From Promethearchaeota archaeon (GTDB lineage Archaea; Asgardarchaeota; Lokiarchaeia; Sigyniarchaeales; SOKP01), in assembly GCA_018238625.1 (NCBI GenBank), contig JABCSY010000043.1, forward strand, positions 1-24,000: a stretch of 24,000 bases of DNA, written 5' to 3'. A program made the translations under genes and the position numbers. The notes under the pieces are model-generated. The model had not been told where the DNA came from. It saw nothing but the letters and a program-made list of their open reading frames with translations, and ran no database searches. Shown one piece after another: positions 7,517 through 14,286 of this stretch. How positions within the stretch are numbered: the stretch's first letter is position 1; every line of letters starts with the position of its first letter.

Positions 7517-8833
7517 ATGGTATTAAATTGGACACCTGAAGTAATCGTTGAAATTTTCACGAGTACAGTTATTCTAGTCGCTATTCTATTGATGTATGTC
7601 ACACCGAGAACTAAGAAAATAAAATCTTTATCTTATATTAGATTAGCTCTTTTTTTTATGGGCATGCTCTTTACCTTAGACTTGTTGGCAAATCTTTTTT
7701 TGATCACATTACTTTCTCGGATTTCTGGTCTTATGCTATTTCCTAGTGCAGTGTTTTTTGCGATTGGGATCAATTATACGATAAAAGAAACATCTAATTC
7801 ACCTTTCTTAATTATAGTAGTTGGTTTAGGTGTTTTATTTTGTTATCTTGCTTTTCAACCTGGAGCTGTCGGATTTGAATTAGTGGGAGGGCATCTAAAT
7901 TTAAATTGGACTGGATTGTATGAATTGATGGGTTCAATTTTTATATTCTTCGTTGGTAGTGCGTCGTTTTATTGGGGTTTAAAAACCTGGTTGAATGCTC
8001 CATTTTTGATAAAAAGAGAAGCTCTTATATTTTTTATGGGTACTGTAATAAATGGGCCATTAACTCTAGTTATATACCTTTTTTACTATTGGAATCCAAT
8101 TTTTATTCTATTTGCTTACGCTACTACAGGTTTAGGAATCTTAATTTTTTGTATAGGTGTAATAAAAGAGCCTAAACTCCTTTATATTCTACCATTTACA
8201 GTTAATAGGCTTGTTGTAAGAGATCGAGAAGGAAACCCTTTATTCGACCACGATTGGGCTCTTTCTAGCTTAAGTGAATCAATTTTTCCGGGATTTCTAA
8301 ATGCTGTGCAACTTATGAGCGAAGAAGTTATAAATTTGGGGGGGCTATTGGACATTAAATTAGAAGAAGGTATCTTTACATTATATGAATCTGAATTAAT
8401 CTCAGTTGGTTTAGTCGCATCTAAGTACTCTATATTATTACGAGAGTGTGTTGTACAATTTACTCGAGATTTCGAGCAAAAATTCGAACGAGAATTGAAA
8501 AGACAGGTTAAGGATGTGGTCCAATACGAAGGAGCATTTGAATTGATTGAAAAATATTTTTCTAATTTTCCTTATAAAAATATTAAAAGTAAAAAACAAC
8601 CATTATTATTAGCTGGAAAATTTGCGAAAGTACCATTAGAGATAGAGAATAAGCTAAGCAATATTTTTACGGATGAAAAAGAGTATCAAGCAATAAAAAC
8701 TGAACTACTAAAATCACCTATTGGACTTACTTCGGCGTTCTTTACTCTCTATAATGATTTATTAGATGAAACTAAGCGAATTTCTGAAGAAGAATCCCTA
8801 CTTTTGAATGATAATAACGATTTGGATAAATGA
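7517..8833 (+). CDS. Polytopic membrane protein with a C-terminal cytoplasmic longin/roadblock-like domain
   Basis: About 7 hydrophobic helices occupy the first ~220 aa. The next segment, RLVVRDREGNPLFDHDW...ESIFPGFLNAVQLMSEEVI..LLDIKLEEGIFTLYESELISVGLVAS..ILLRECVVQFTRDFEQKF, follows a beta-beta-alpha-beta-beta-beta-alpha pattern, and its GFLnAvq helix is typical of longin/roadblock-type domains. A helical acidic tail follows. Confidence 0.5.
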   Translation: MVLNWTPEVIVEIFTSTVILVAILLMYVTPRTKKIKSLSYIRLALFFMGMLFTLDLLANLFLITLLSRISGLMLFPSAVFFAIGINYTIKETSNSPFLIIVVGLGVLFCYLAFQPGAVGFELVGGHLNLNWTGLYELMGSIFIFFVGSASFYWGLKTWLNAPFLIKREALIFFMGTVINGPLTLVIYLFYYWNPIFILFAYATTGLGILIFCIGVIKEPKLLYILPFTVNRLVVRDREGNPLFDHDWALSSLSESIFPGFLNAVQLMSEEVINLGGLLDIKLEEGIFTLYESELISVGLVASKYSILLRECVVQFTRDFEQKFERELKRQVKDVVQYEGAFELIEKYFSNFPYKNIKSKKQPLLLAGKFAKVPLEIENKLSNIFTDEKEYQAIKTELLKSPIGLTSAFFTLYNDLLDETKRISEEESLLLNDNNDLDK

Positions 8834-9076
8834 ATTTACCCCGTTTCACCTCTTTTACTCAATTTTTCTATTTTAAGGTTTAATGAATGATTGAATTATT
8901 TTTTAGAAATTCAGTCCTAATAGATTTATATATGCAAAAAAAGTAAATCATAGTGTGTGAATCTTCTTCAAAGGAAGAGATATTGAAGCGAAATTCAATG
9001 TTGAATTAATTTAAGAGGTTAATATAACGATTCACTTTTCAGTTTTATTTTTCTTTTTTCAGAAGAAGTTATCAAA

Positions 9077-9655
9077 TCATTGATTTCTTCTTAAATAATA
9101 ACCTTTATCATTTAAATTAATAGCAATAATTGCTTTCGGCTTGAGTTTTTGAATATTTTGATAATTATATTTAGATTGGGCTATTGCTATAATTTCATCA
9201 TTACTATTAAAAATCAATAGAATATCGTTCTGTTTTAACGAACTTGGAATAGCGCGTATCATAGTTTTTAGAATACTATTCCCATAAAGAATGGATTTTT
9301 CTCCTTTATCATTTAAATGAATTCTCTTAAGATCAGAAAACAAATTATTATGATATAGAAATTCTGCACCTTCTAAACTGATATAGAAATTTCCTTTCTT
9401 AATAAAACCAAAATATAAACCTGCTGAGATAATTTTATCGTTTTTTAAAGTCGGTAAAAATCTAAGTTGATCTTTTGAAATTAAAAAAATTGAAGGAAAC
9501 TTGCTTTTTGCTTCCAAGTCATTTAAGGAAATAGATAATCTATAGTCTGTTTTCTCGAAAAAGGTTAATATCTTGGGGGATATTTTTATAAGGGAGTCGT
9601 AAATCATCGTTGTTTCAATTTTATTTACAAGCCTAAAAGTTTTTAAATCTCTCAT
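9077..9655 (-). CDS. nip7: NIP7 homologue (60S ribosome biogenesis protein, UPF0113 with C-terminal PUA domain)
   Basis: By eye it is collinear with eukaryotic Nip7: GLYFGFIKKGNFYISLEGAEFL, then GEKSILYGNSILKTMI, then a PUA-like ILLIFNSNDEIIAIAQSK...KPKAIIAINLNDKGYYLR. Confidence 0.65.
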   Translation of the reverse strand: MRDLKTFRLVNKIETTMIYDSLIKISPKILTFFEKTDYRLSISLNDLEAKSKFPSIFLISKDQLRFLPTLKNDKIISAGLYFGFIKKGNFYISLEGAEFLYHNNLFSDLKRIHLNDKGEKSILYGNSILKTMIRAIPSSLKQNDILLIFNSNDEIIAIAQSKYNYQNIQKLKPKAIIAINLNDKGYYLRRNQ

Positions 9656-9661
9656 TACTCA

Positions 9662-10027
9662 CTAAGGATTTATTTGCTTATCTTGAAATAAATCTTTTAA
9701 CATTTTTTTTAATTGCTTTTTGGATTCTGGAATATTTTTTGTAATAATGTCCCATATTATTTCCAAATCAATTTTGAAATAACCATGAGCGGCGATATTT
9801 CTTAATCCTATCATTTGAGGCCAAGGAAGATCAGGAAACTTAATTTTAATTTCCTCTGGAATGTTTTTTGATGCTTCTCCTATAAGTTCTAAATTTCTTA
9901 AAACCGCATCAATTACCATTTGATTCTCGCAAAAATTTTTATAATCTAAACCCTCAATATATTTCTCAATCAATAAAATGAATTCATTAATATCTTCAAG
10001 AAATAATTTAACGGTTCGTTTTTTCAT
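9662..10027 (-). CDS. hepT: HepT-like toxin (DUF86, nucleotidyltransferase substrate-binding family)
   Basis: The Rx4HxY motif is present (RNIAAHGY). The ~120 aa size fits. The ORF overlaps the upstream MNT gene by 4 bp. Confidence 0.8.
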   Translation of the reverse strand: MKKRTVKLFLEDINEFILLIEKYIEGLDYKNFCENQMVIDAVLRNLELIGEASKNIPEEIKIKFPDLPWPQMIGLRNIAAHGYFKIDLEIIWDIITKNIPESKKQLKKMLKDLFQDKQINP

Positions 10028-10314
10028 ACATAAATCACTTCATGCAGAATTTTATCTTTCATTTGAGGTCTAAGAGCATTTTTTGTTGCCAAATCAACTT
10101 TTTTGTTTAATATTTTTTCAAGAAATTCTTTAAGTATAGAATATTTCCAACCAATTGGACCGTTGAATTTAACATAGATATCTATGTCGCTTTCAGGCGT
10201 TTCTTCACCTCTAGAATATGAACCGAAAACGCCAATTTTCTCAACATAGAATTGATTTTTTAAATAATCTTTTTGTTCTCTTAAAATAGATTCAATTTTC
10301 TTTAACTCAAGCAT
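10024..10314 (-). CDS. mntA: MNT-type minimal nucleotidyltransferase antitoxin
   Basis: The GSxxRG...DxD signature is present (GVFGSYSRGEETPESDIDIYV). The protein is 96 aa. An ATGA overlap joins it to hepT at 10024-10027. Confidence 0.8.
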   Translation of the reverse strand: MLELKKIESILREQKDYLKNQFYVEKIGVFGSYSRGEETPESDIDIYVKFNGPIGWKYSILKEFLEKILNKKVDLATKNALRPQMKDKILHEVIYV

Positions 10315-10481
10315 AATATTTTAGAATTAATTATTCCTAGATAAATATTTTTTTTTATATTATATTAAATATTAGAGGTTAAAAATTTTTAAAATCTCTC
10401 TTCATCAATCAAAATAAAAAGAAATAAGTAATTTTATTATTATTAGTCAATTAAGGTATTAAATAATAGTGATATTGAAAA

Positions 10482-11198
10482 ATGGGCATTCGAAAGATTG
10501 AAGATGAAATTGATTTAAGAGAAGCTATGAAAAGGAAGGCAGCAGAGTTAAAAGTAAAAGATATTCAAGCTAAAGCTTCGACAGAAAACTTTACAAAAGA
10601 AAAACTTCGGGAACTGGCAAAAAAACATGGAGTTATATTGGCTTTAACTCCTGAATTGAAGGATCAAGTCAGAGATTTACAAAGAAAGTATAACATACCG
10701 TCTTCAAAAATCATAACAGAACAAATCATGGAAAACGATGTTTTGAAGAAGTTTTCAAAAATCGACCACGAAAAGTTAGGAATGCTCGCTTATCAAAGAG
10801 TTTTGATGCAAAAAGAAGAAATTGGAGTTGGTTTAATGCCCATTTCTGAAGTTTATGACTTAGTAAATACAGGTATTTTAAAAGAAGTATTAGATTTAAA
10901 AGATTTACTCAAAGCATTAAAGATTCTAAAAAAAGATCGCGTTATAGAGGAATTACAAGAATTAAAGGGCAGTTCCGTAATGGTAAGGTTCTTTCCGGTT
11001 CAGTACACTAACGACCAAGTGAAAATTATCGGAATCGCAAAAGAAAAAGGTTATGTTTCGATTGAAGATATTTGTATTGCTCTAACATGGTCTCAAGATC
11101 GCGCCCTACAAACCCTAAAATCGTTAGAAGATAGTGGAATCGCTAAATTTAGGGAATCTCTTTTAAAAGGAAAGCAGTGGTATTTCCCTTCAATATAA
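10482..11198 (+). CDS. vps22: ESCRT-II EAP30-domain protein (Vps22/Vps36-like)
   Basis: An N-terminal helical region is followed by tandem winged helices. The C-terminal block IAKEKGYVSIEDICIALTWSQDRALQTLKSLEDSGIAKF....QWYFPSI parallels the SNF8/Vps22 block (..AEKNGYVTVSEI...L.W...RA..VLE.L..EGLAW.D....YW.PAL, recalled from memory). Confidence 0.7.
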   Translation: MGIRKIEDEIDLREAMKRKAAELKVKDIQAKASTENFTKEKLRELAKKHGVILALTPELKDQVRDLQRKYNIPSSKIITEQIMENDVLKKFSKIDHEKLGMLAYQRVLMQKEEIGVGLMPISEVYDLVNTGILKEVLDLKDLLKALKILKKDRVIEELQELKGSSVMVRFFPVQYTNDQVKIIGIAKEKGYVSIEDICIALTWSQDRALQTLKSLEDSGIAKFRESLLKGKQWYFPSI

Positions 11199-11203
11199 GA
11201 GAT

Positions 11204-12100
11204 TTATTCTATTTTAATTTTAAAAGAAAGCTGACCGTCATCAAGTTTTATAATCTGCCCTCTCTTATCCTTTTCCAATATTTTAAATATTTTTATTATG
11301 TCGTTATTGGGAAGCGTATTAAAAGCTTTGTTAGATTCTCTTATTTCAAATATTAATATTGGTTCTAATGGTGAAATTTCCATGGCCCAATCATAGATAT
11401 CTTCGGCCCAATTATCTAGACTTTTCCAATAAACTCTTAATTTTTCTTTACTTTTTGATAGCCATTCAGCTTGTTCTTTATTTACTAGTTCTTCAGCGAG
11501 TATCTTTAAAGCTGAGTTACGATCTTCAAAGTTTGAAAAAGGTTTATCGGATTCTAACTTTCTAAGATATAAGATGTGGAGAATAGCGTAGCGAGCGTAG
11601 TCAAAAAGAACTTTAGACCATTCGCTTTTCCAAGATTCGTAATCCTTCAAGTTTGTTTTTTTATTAGGAAGAGAAAACATGAAAACATATCTTTTTTCTT
11701 CGAGCCAAGGATAATCGTTCAATAACAACTCGTAAGTTGATATTTCTCTGACAACGACACCCTTCTCTCTTATTATTTCTAACTCAATCTCTTGGAGCTC
11801 TTTCTCGATTTGAATGGCATTTTGTTTATAAGCTGTTTGATCGATTTCTCCTAGCTTTGATGTGAGAAAGTCTTCAATTTTATCTAAACGCGCTTCTATT
11901 TCTTCGCTTGTTTCTTCCTCAGTAATTTCTTCTGTACCCGCTTCTTGTATCGCTTCTTGCCTTTCTTTCGCTTGTTGGCTTCTTAGTACTTTTAACCGAG
12001 CCAACTCTTTTCTTAAGTCTTCAAGTTCCTTATCTGCTTTTTCTTTAACTTCTTTAGGAACTTCTTTAGGTTTTACCTTTTGCCTCTCCATATTTTCCAA
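11204..12100 (-). CDS. vps25: ESCRT-II Vps25-like protein with a long N-terminal charged coiled-coil extension
   Basis: The C-terminal ~170 aa are collinear with Vps25/EAP20. FMFSLPNKKTNLKDYESWKSEWSKVLFDYAR corresponds to FFTLQPN..TR.KQL..W..L.L.FCR. LAEELVNKEQAEWLSKSKEKLRVYWKSLDNWAEDIYDWA corresponds to LEELRKKGNLEWLDKSK..FLIMWRRPEEWGKLIYQW. The ORF ends in a second winged helix. Confidence 0.75.
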   Translation of the reverse strand: MENMERQKVKPKEVPKEVKEKADKELEDLRKELARLKVLRSQQAKERQEAIQEAGTEEITEEETSEEIEARLDKIEDFLTSKLGEIDQTAYKQNAIQIEKELQEIELEIIREKGVVVREISTYELLLNDYPWLEEKRYVFMFSLPNKKTNLKDYESWKSEWSKVLFDYARYAILHILYLRKLESDKPFSNFEDRNSALKILAEELVNKEQAEWLSKSKEKLRVYWKSLDNWAEDIYDWAMEISPLEPILIFEIRESNKAFNTLPNNDIIKIFKILEKDKRGQIIKLDDGQLSFKIKIE

Positions 12101-12112
12101 CTTTAATTTTTA

Positions 12113-13330
12113 TTAATATTCTCCGAATTCTTTTGCCCATTGTTCGTATTGGTTTAGAGCCGCTTTAGTTGTCATTGGTTTAACTTTTTTTAATGTTTTA
12201 GCAAAATCTTTTAAATTAAGATCCCTTACAATTACTTCTTGATCGGAGTTTTCTAAAAGCCCACCCATATCTAATTCTCTAATTGGAAGCATAATGACTT
12301 CGCGGCACACGTTAGAAATATCTCTTCCCGAATATCCTTCAGACCGAACTCCTAATTCGATAAAATCTTCTTCAGTTAACGCCATATTAATACCTGCGGT
12401 ATGAATTTTAAAGATTCCAATTCTGGCTGTTAGATCTGGAAGTGGCACATACACTTTCTTCTCAAATCTACTAAGCATAGCAGCGTCAATGTCCCAAGGT
12501 CGATTAGTAGCCCCTAAAACTAATAATGGTTTTTTAGAACCCGATTTAACGCCTTGAATTTCGCTTAACAATTGCGTTTTTACCCGTCTTTCGCCACCTC
12601 CTTCGTGCCCTTGACCTCTCTTAGTTGCCACCGAGTCAATTTCATCCATAAAAATTAAACTTGGAGCTTTAATTCGAGCAACTTTAAAAAGCGAGCTGAT
12701 TAATTTCTCACTTTCGCCTAACCATTTGCTTAATAAATCTGCGGATGAAACGCTAAAAAATGTCGCTTCGCATTCCGTAGCAGCAGCTCTCGCTAATAAT
12801 GTTTTTCCACAACCAGGTGGGCCAAACAATAAAATGCCTGACCATGGTTTTCTTGCTCCCGTAAAAAGTTGGGGTTTCATAATTGGCAACACTATCGCTT
12901 CTCTTAAAGCTTGTTTAGACGACTTTAAGCCCGCAATATCGTTCCACCTTACGTTAGGAGATTCTGTTAATATTGTGCCTGAAATCGAATCTATAATTTC
13001 TTGTTCTTCAGCAGAGTATTGTCCCTCCTCCCCTTTTCCCTCGCCATCTTTGGCTTCACTTGTTCCAATAGAGGGTCTACCTTTTCTGGCACGAGGGCCA
13101 CTTAAATGTACTTTTAGTACGTTAGCACGATTAATATACTGTTCAATTTGATCGTGACATTTTCTAACCATTATTGGGTTTTTGTTAAATTGTACGAATT
13201 GAATAAGAATTTCTGCGGCTCTTTGATATTTATTTAGCGCTTGTCTATAATGTCCCTTCTCGTCTAATGCTACTGCTGCTTGTGCTTCTTGAACAGCGTA
13301 TTGATAAAGTTTACTGTCAACACTACTCAA
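12113..13330 (-). CDS. vps4: Vps4 (CdvC-type) MIT-domain AAA+ ATPase
   Basis: There is an N-terminal MIT-like three-helix region (AVQEAQAAVALDEKGHYRQALNKYQRAAEILIQF). Walker A is GPPGCGKT, pore loop 1 is SKWLGESEK and Walker B is LIFMDEID. A C-terminal Vps4_C-like helix is present (LNQYEQWAKEFG). The stop lies 12 bp upstream of the vps25 start, giving an operon-like arrangement. Confidence 0.9.
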   Translation of the reverse strand: MSSVDSKLYQYAVQEAQAAVALDEKGHYRQALNKYQRAAEILIQFVQFNKNPIMVRKCHDQIEQYINRANVLKVHLSGPRARKGRPSIGTSEAKDGEGKGEEGQYSAEEQEIIDSISGTILTESPNVRWNDIAGLKSSKQALREAIVLPIMKPQLFTGARKPWSGILLFGPPGCGKTLLARAAATECEATFFSVSSADLLSKWLGESEKLISSLFKVARIKAPSLIFMDEIDSVATKRGQGHEGGGERRVKTQLLSEIQGVKSGSKKPLLVLGATNRPWDIDAAMLSRFEKKVYVPLPDLTARIGIFKIHTAGINMALTEEDFIELGVRSEGYSGRDISNVCREVIMLPIRELDMGGLLENSDQEVIVRDLNLKDFAKTLKKVKPMTTKAALNQYEQWAKEFGEY

Positions 13331-13544
13331 ATTTATAATGACCTTTTTAAATTATTTATTTATCTTGTTTATCTTAAAAAATTATTAATATTTATAGCTA
13401 ATCTAGTTCGATACTTATTTTATTTATTAATACATCCAAATATATCAAATTTTCTCTTTAAAATTGTACTGTAAACATTGGTCTACAACAAAAAATTATA
13501 TAATCTTGGATTTTTAATATTATTATATAGTAATAACGAAAAAA
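13331..13544. promoter_or_regulatory. Divergent promoter region between vps4 (-) and the ESCRT-III gene (+)
   Basis: This 214-bp AT-rich spacer lies between divergently oriented genes. TATA-like elements sit at about 13496-13503 (preceded by an A-rich BRE-like run) and 13521-13530 on the plus side, and around 13350-13365 on the minus side. No transcription start sites can be determined from sequence alone. Confidence 0.3.
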
Positions 13545-14183
13545 TTGATGATGAATATGGGATTTCTTAAAGATATGTCAAAGTGGTTGTCCGGTGGCCA
13601 AAAAAGTGATTCTGTTCGCTCTGCTACCGTCAAATTAAAGGTGTTCAACAAAAGATTGGCTCGTCAGACTAGGAAAATGGAGATGACATCTAAATTAGCG
13701 AGAGATAAAGCTGTAAAACTTCGAAAAGCTGGTGATATGGACGGTTCAGAATTTCACGCGCGAAATTATCTTCAAGTTAAAAAGCAAGCTAGAGCGATTG
13801 ACCATTTCAGAACTAACTTAGAAGGAATGGTATTTAAGTTGGAACAGGCTAACGCTGTTAAAGATATTTCATTTATCATGCAAGGTATTGCCACTAGCTT
13901 AGGTGCATTAAAAAATCAGTTATCGGTTCCTCAGCTTACAGACTTGATGACCACAATTGGTATTGATATGGAAGATTTTTCTGTTGTTGAAGAGATAACA
14001 TCTGACGGAATAGACGACATGACTCTCGATACAGCAGTTACTGATAACCAGGTTAAGGAGATATTAGGCGAAATCGATGCCGAGATACAAGTTGAAGTAG
14101 GTGGAGCATTACCTTCGGTTGATCCCGATGGAAAGGTAAAAGAATTAGAAGATGAATTAAACAAGTTGAAGTCGCGAGATTAG
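13545..14183 (+). CDS. ESCRT-III (Snf7 family; Vps2/24/46 = CHMP1-3-like by its C-terminal MIM1)
   Basis: A basic N-terminal helical hairpin (KLKVFNKRLARQTRKMEMTSKLARDKAVKLRKAG...) is followed by an acidic C-terminal half. The terminal KELEDELNKLKSR fits the MIM1 spacing. The start is ambiguous (TTG 13545, ATG 13548/13551/13557); MGFLKD at 13557 resembles typical ESCRT-III N-termini. Confidence 0.8.
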   Translation: MMMNMGFLKDMSKWLSGGQKSDSVRSATVKLKVFNKRLARQTRKMEMTSKLARDKAVKLRKAGDMDGSEFHARNYLQVKKQARAIDHFRTNLEGMVFKLEQANAVKDISFIMQGIATSLGALKNQLSVPQLTDLMTTIGIDMEDFSVVEEITSDGIDDMTLDTAVTDNQVKEILGEIDAEIQVEVGGALPSVDPDGKVKELEDELNKLKSRD

Positions 14184-14184
14184 A

Positions 14185-14195
14185 TTTTTTTTTTT
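14185..14195 (+). terminator. Oligo-T tract (T11) immediately after the ESCRT-III stop codon
   Basis: Eleven consecutive T residues begin 2 nt after TAG 14181-14183. Archaeal RNA polymerase terminates at oligo-T. Confidence 0.5.
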
Positions 14196-14286
14196 AAGTT
14201 TCTCTTTTTGACTACCAAGCAAAATTATTTAAGCTAAAACTCTATTTTTAATTTATTCTCTAATTCAATATTTAAAAGTGTTAAAA

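Noticed and set aside
7414-8175. ORFs 7414-7602 (-) and 7972-8175 (+, alternative frame)
   Set aside because: They overlap better-supported genes (the winged-helix protein end and the membrane/longin-like protein) and have implausible composition.
10379-10392. Perfect 14-bp palindrome ttaaaaatttttaa in the MNT / EAP30 divergent spacer
   Set aside because: It consists of A and T only. Palindromes like this are expected by chance in this composition, and there is no second copy.
11359-12116. Two plus-strand ORFs (68 and 84 aa) inside the Vps25-like gene
   Set aside because: They are antisense shadows. The 84-aa one is a Ser/Leu-rich low-complexity mirror of the Glu/Lys-rich coiled-coil region.
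12726-13151. 141-aa ORF on the plus strand inside vps4
   Set aside because: It lies fully antisense to a gene with unmistakable Walker A/B, pore-loop and MIT motifs. Its sequence has no motifs. It is a typical shadow ORF of a relatively GC-richer gene.
13280-13474. 64-aa plus-strand ORF in the vps4 / ESCRT-III divergent spacer
   Set aside because: It starts inside the vps4 coding region and runs through pure AT-rich promoter DNA. Its composition (Ile/Leu/Phe/Tyr/Asn) is what AT-rich non-coding DNA translates to.
13931-14164. 77-aa minus-strand ORF inside the ESCRT-III gene
   Set aside because: It is an antisense shadow of the acidic C-terminal half and is Ser-rich and low-complexity.
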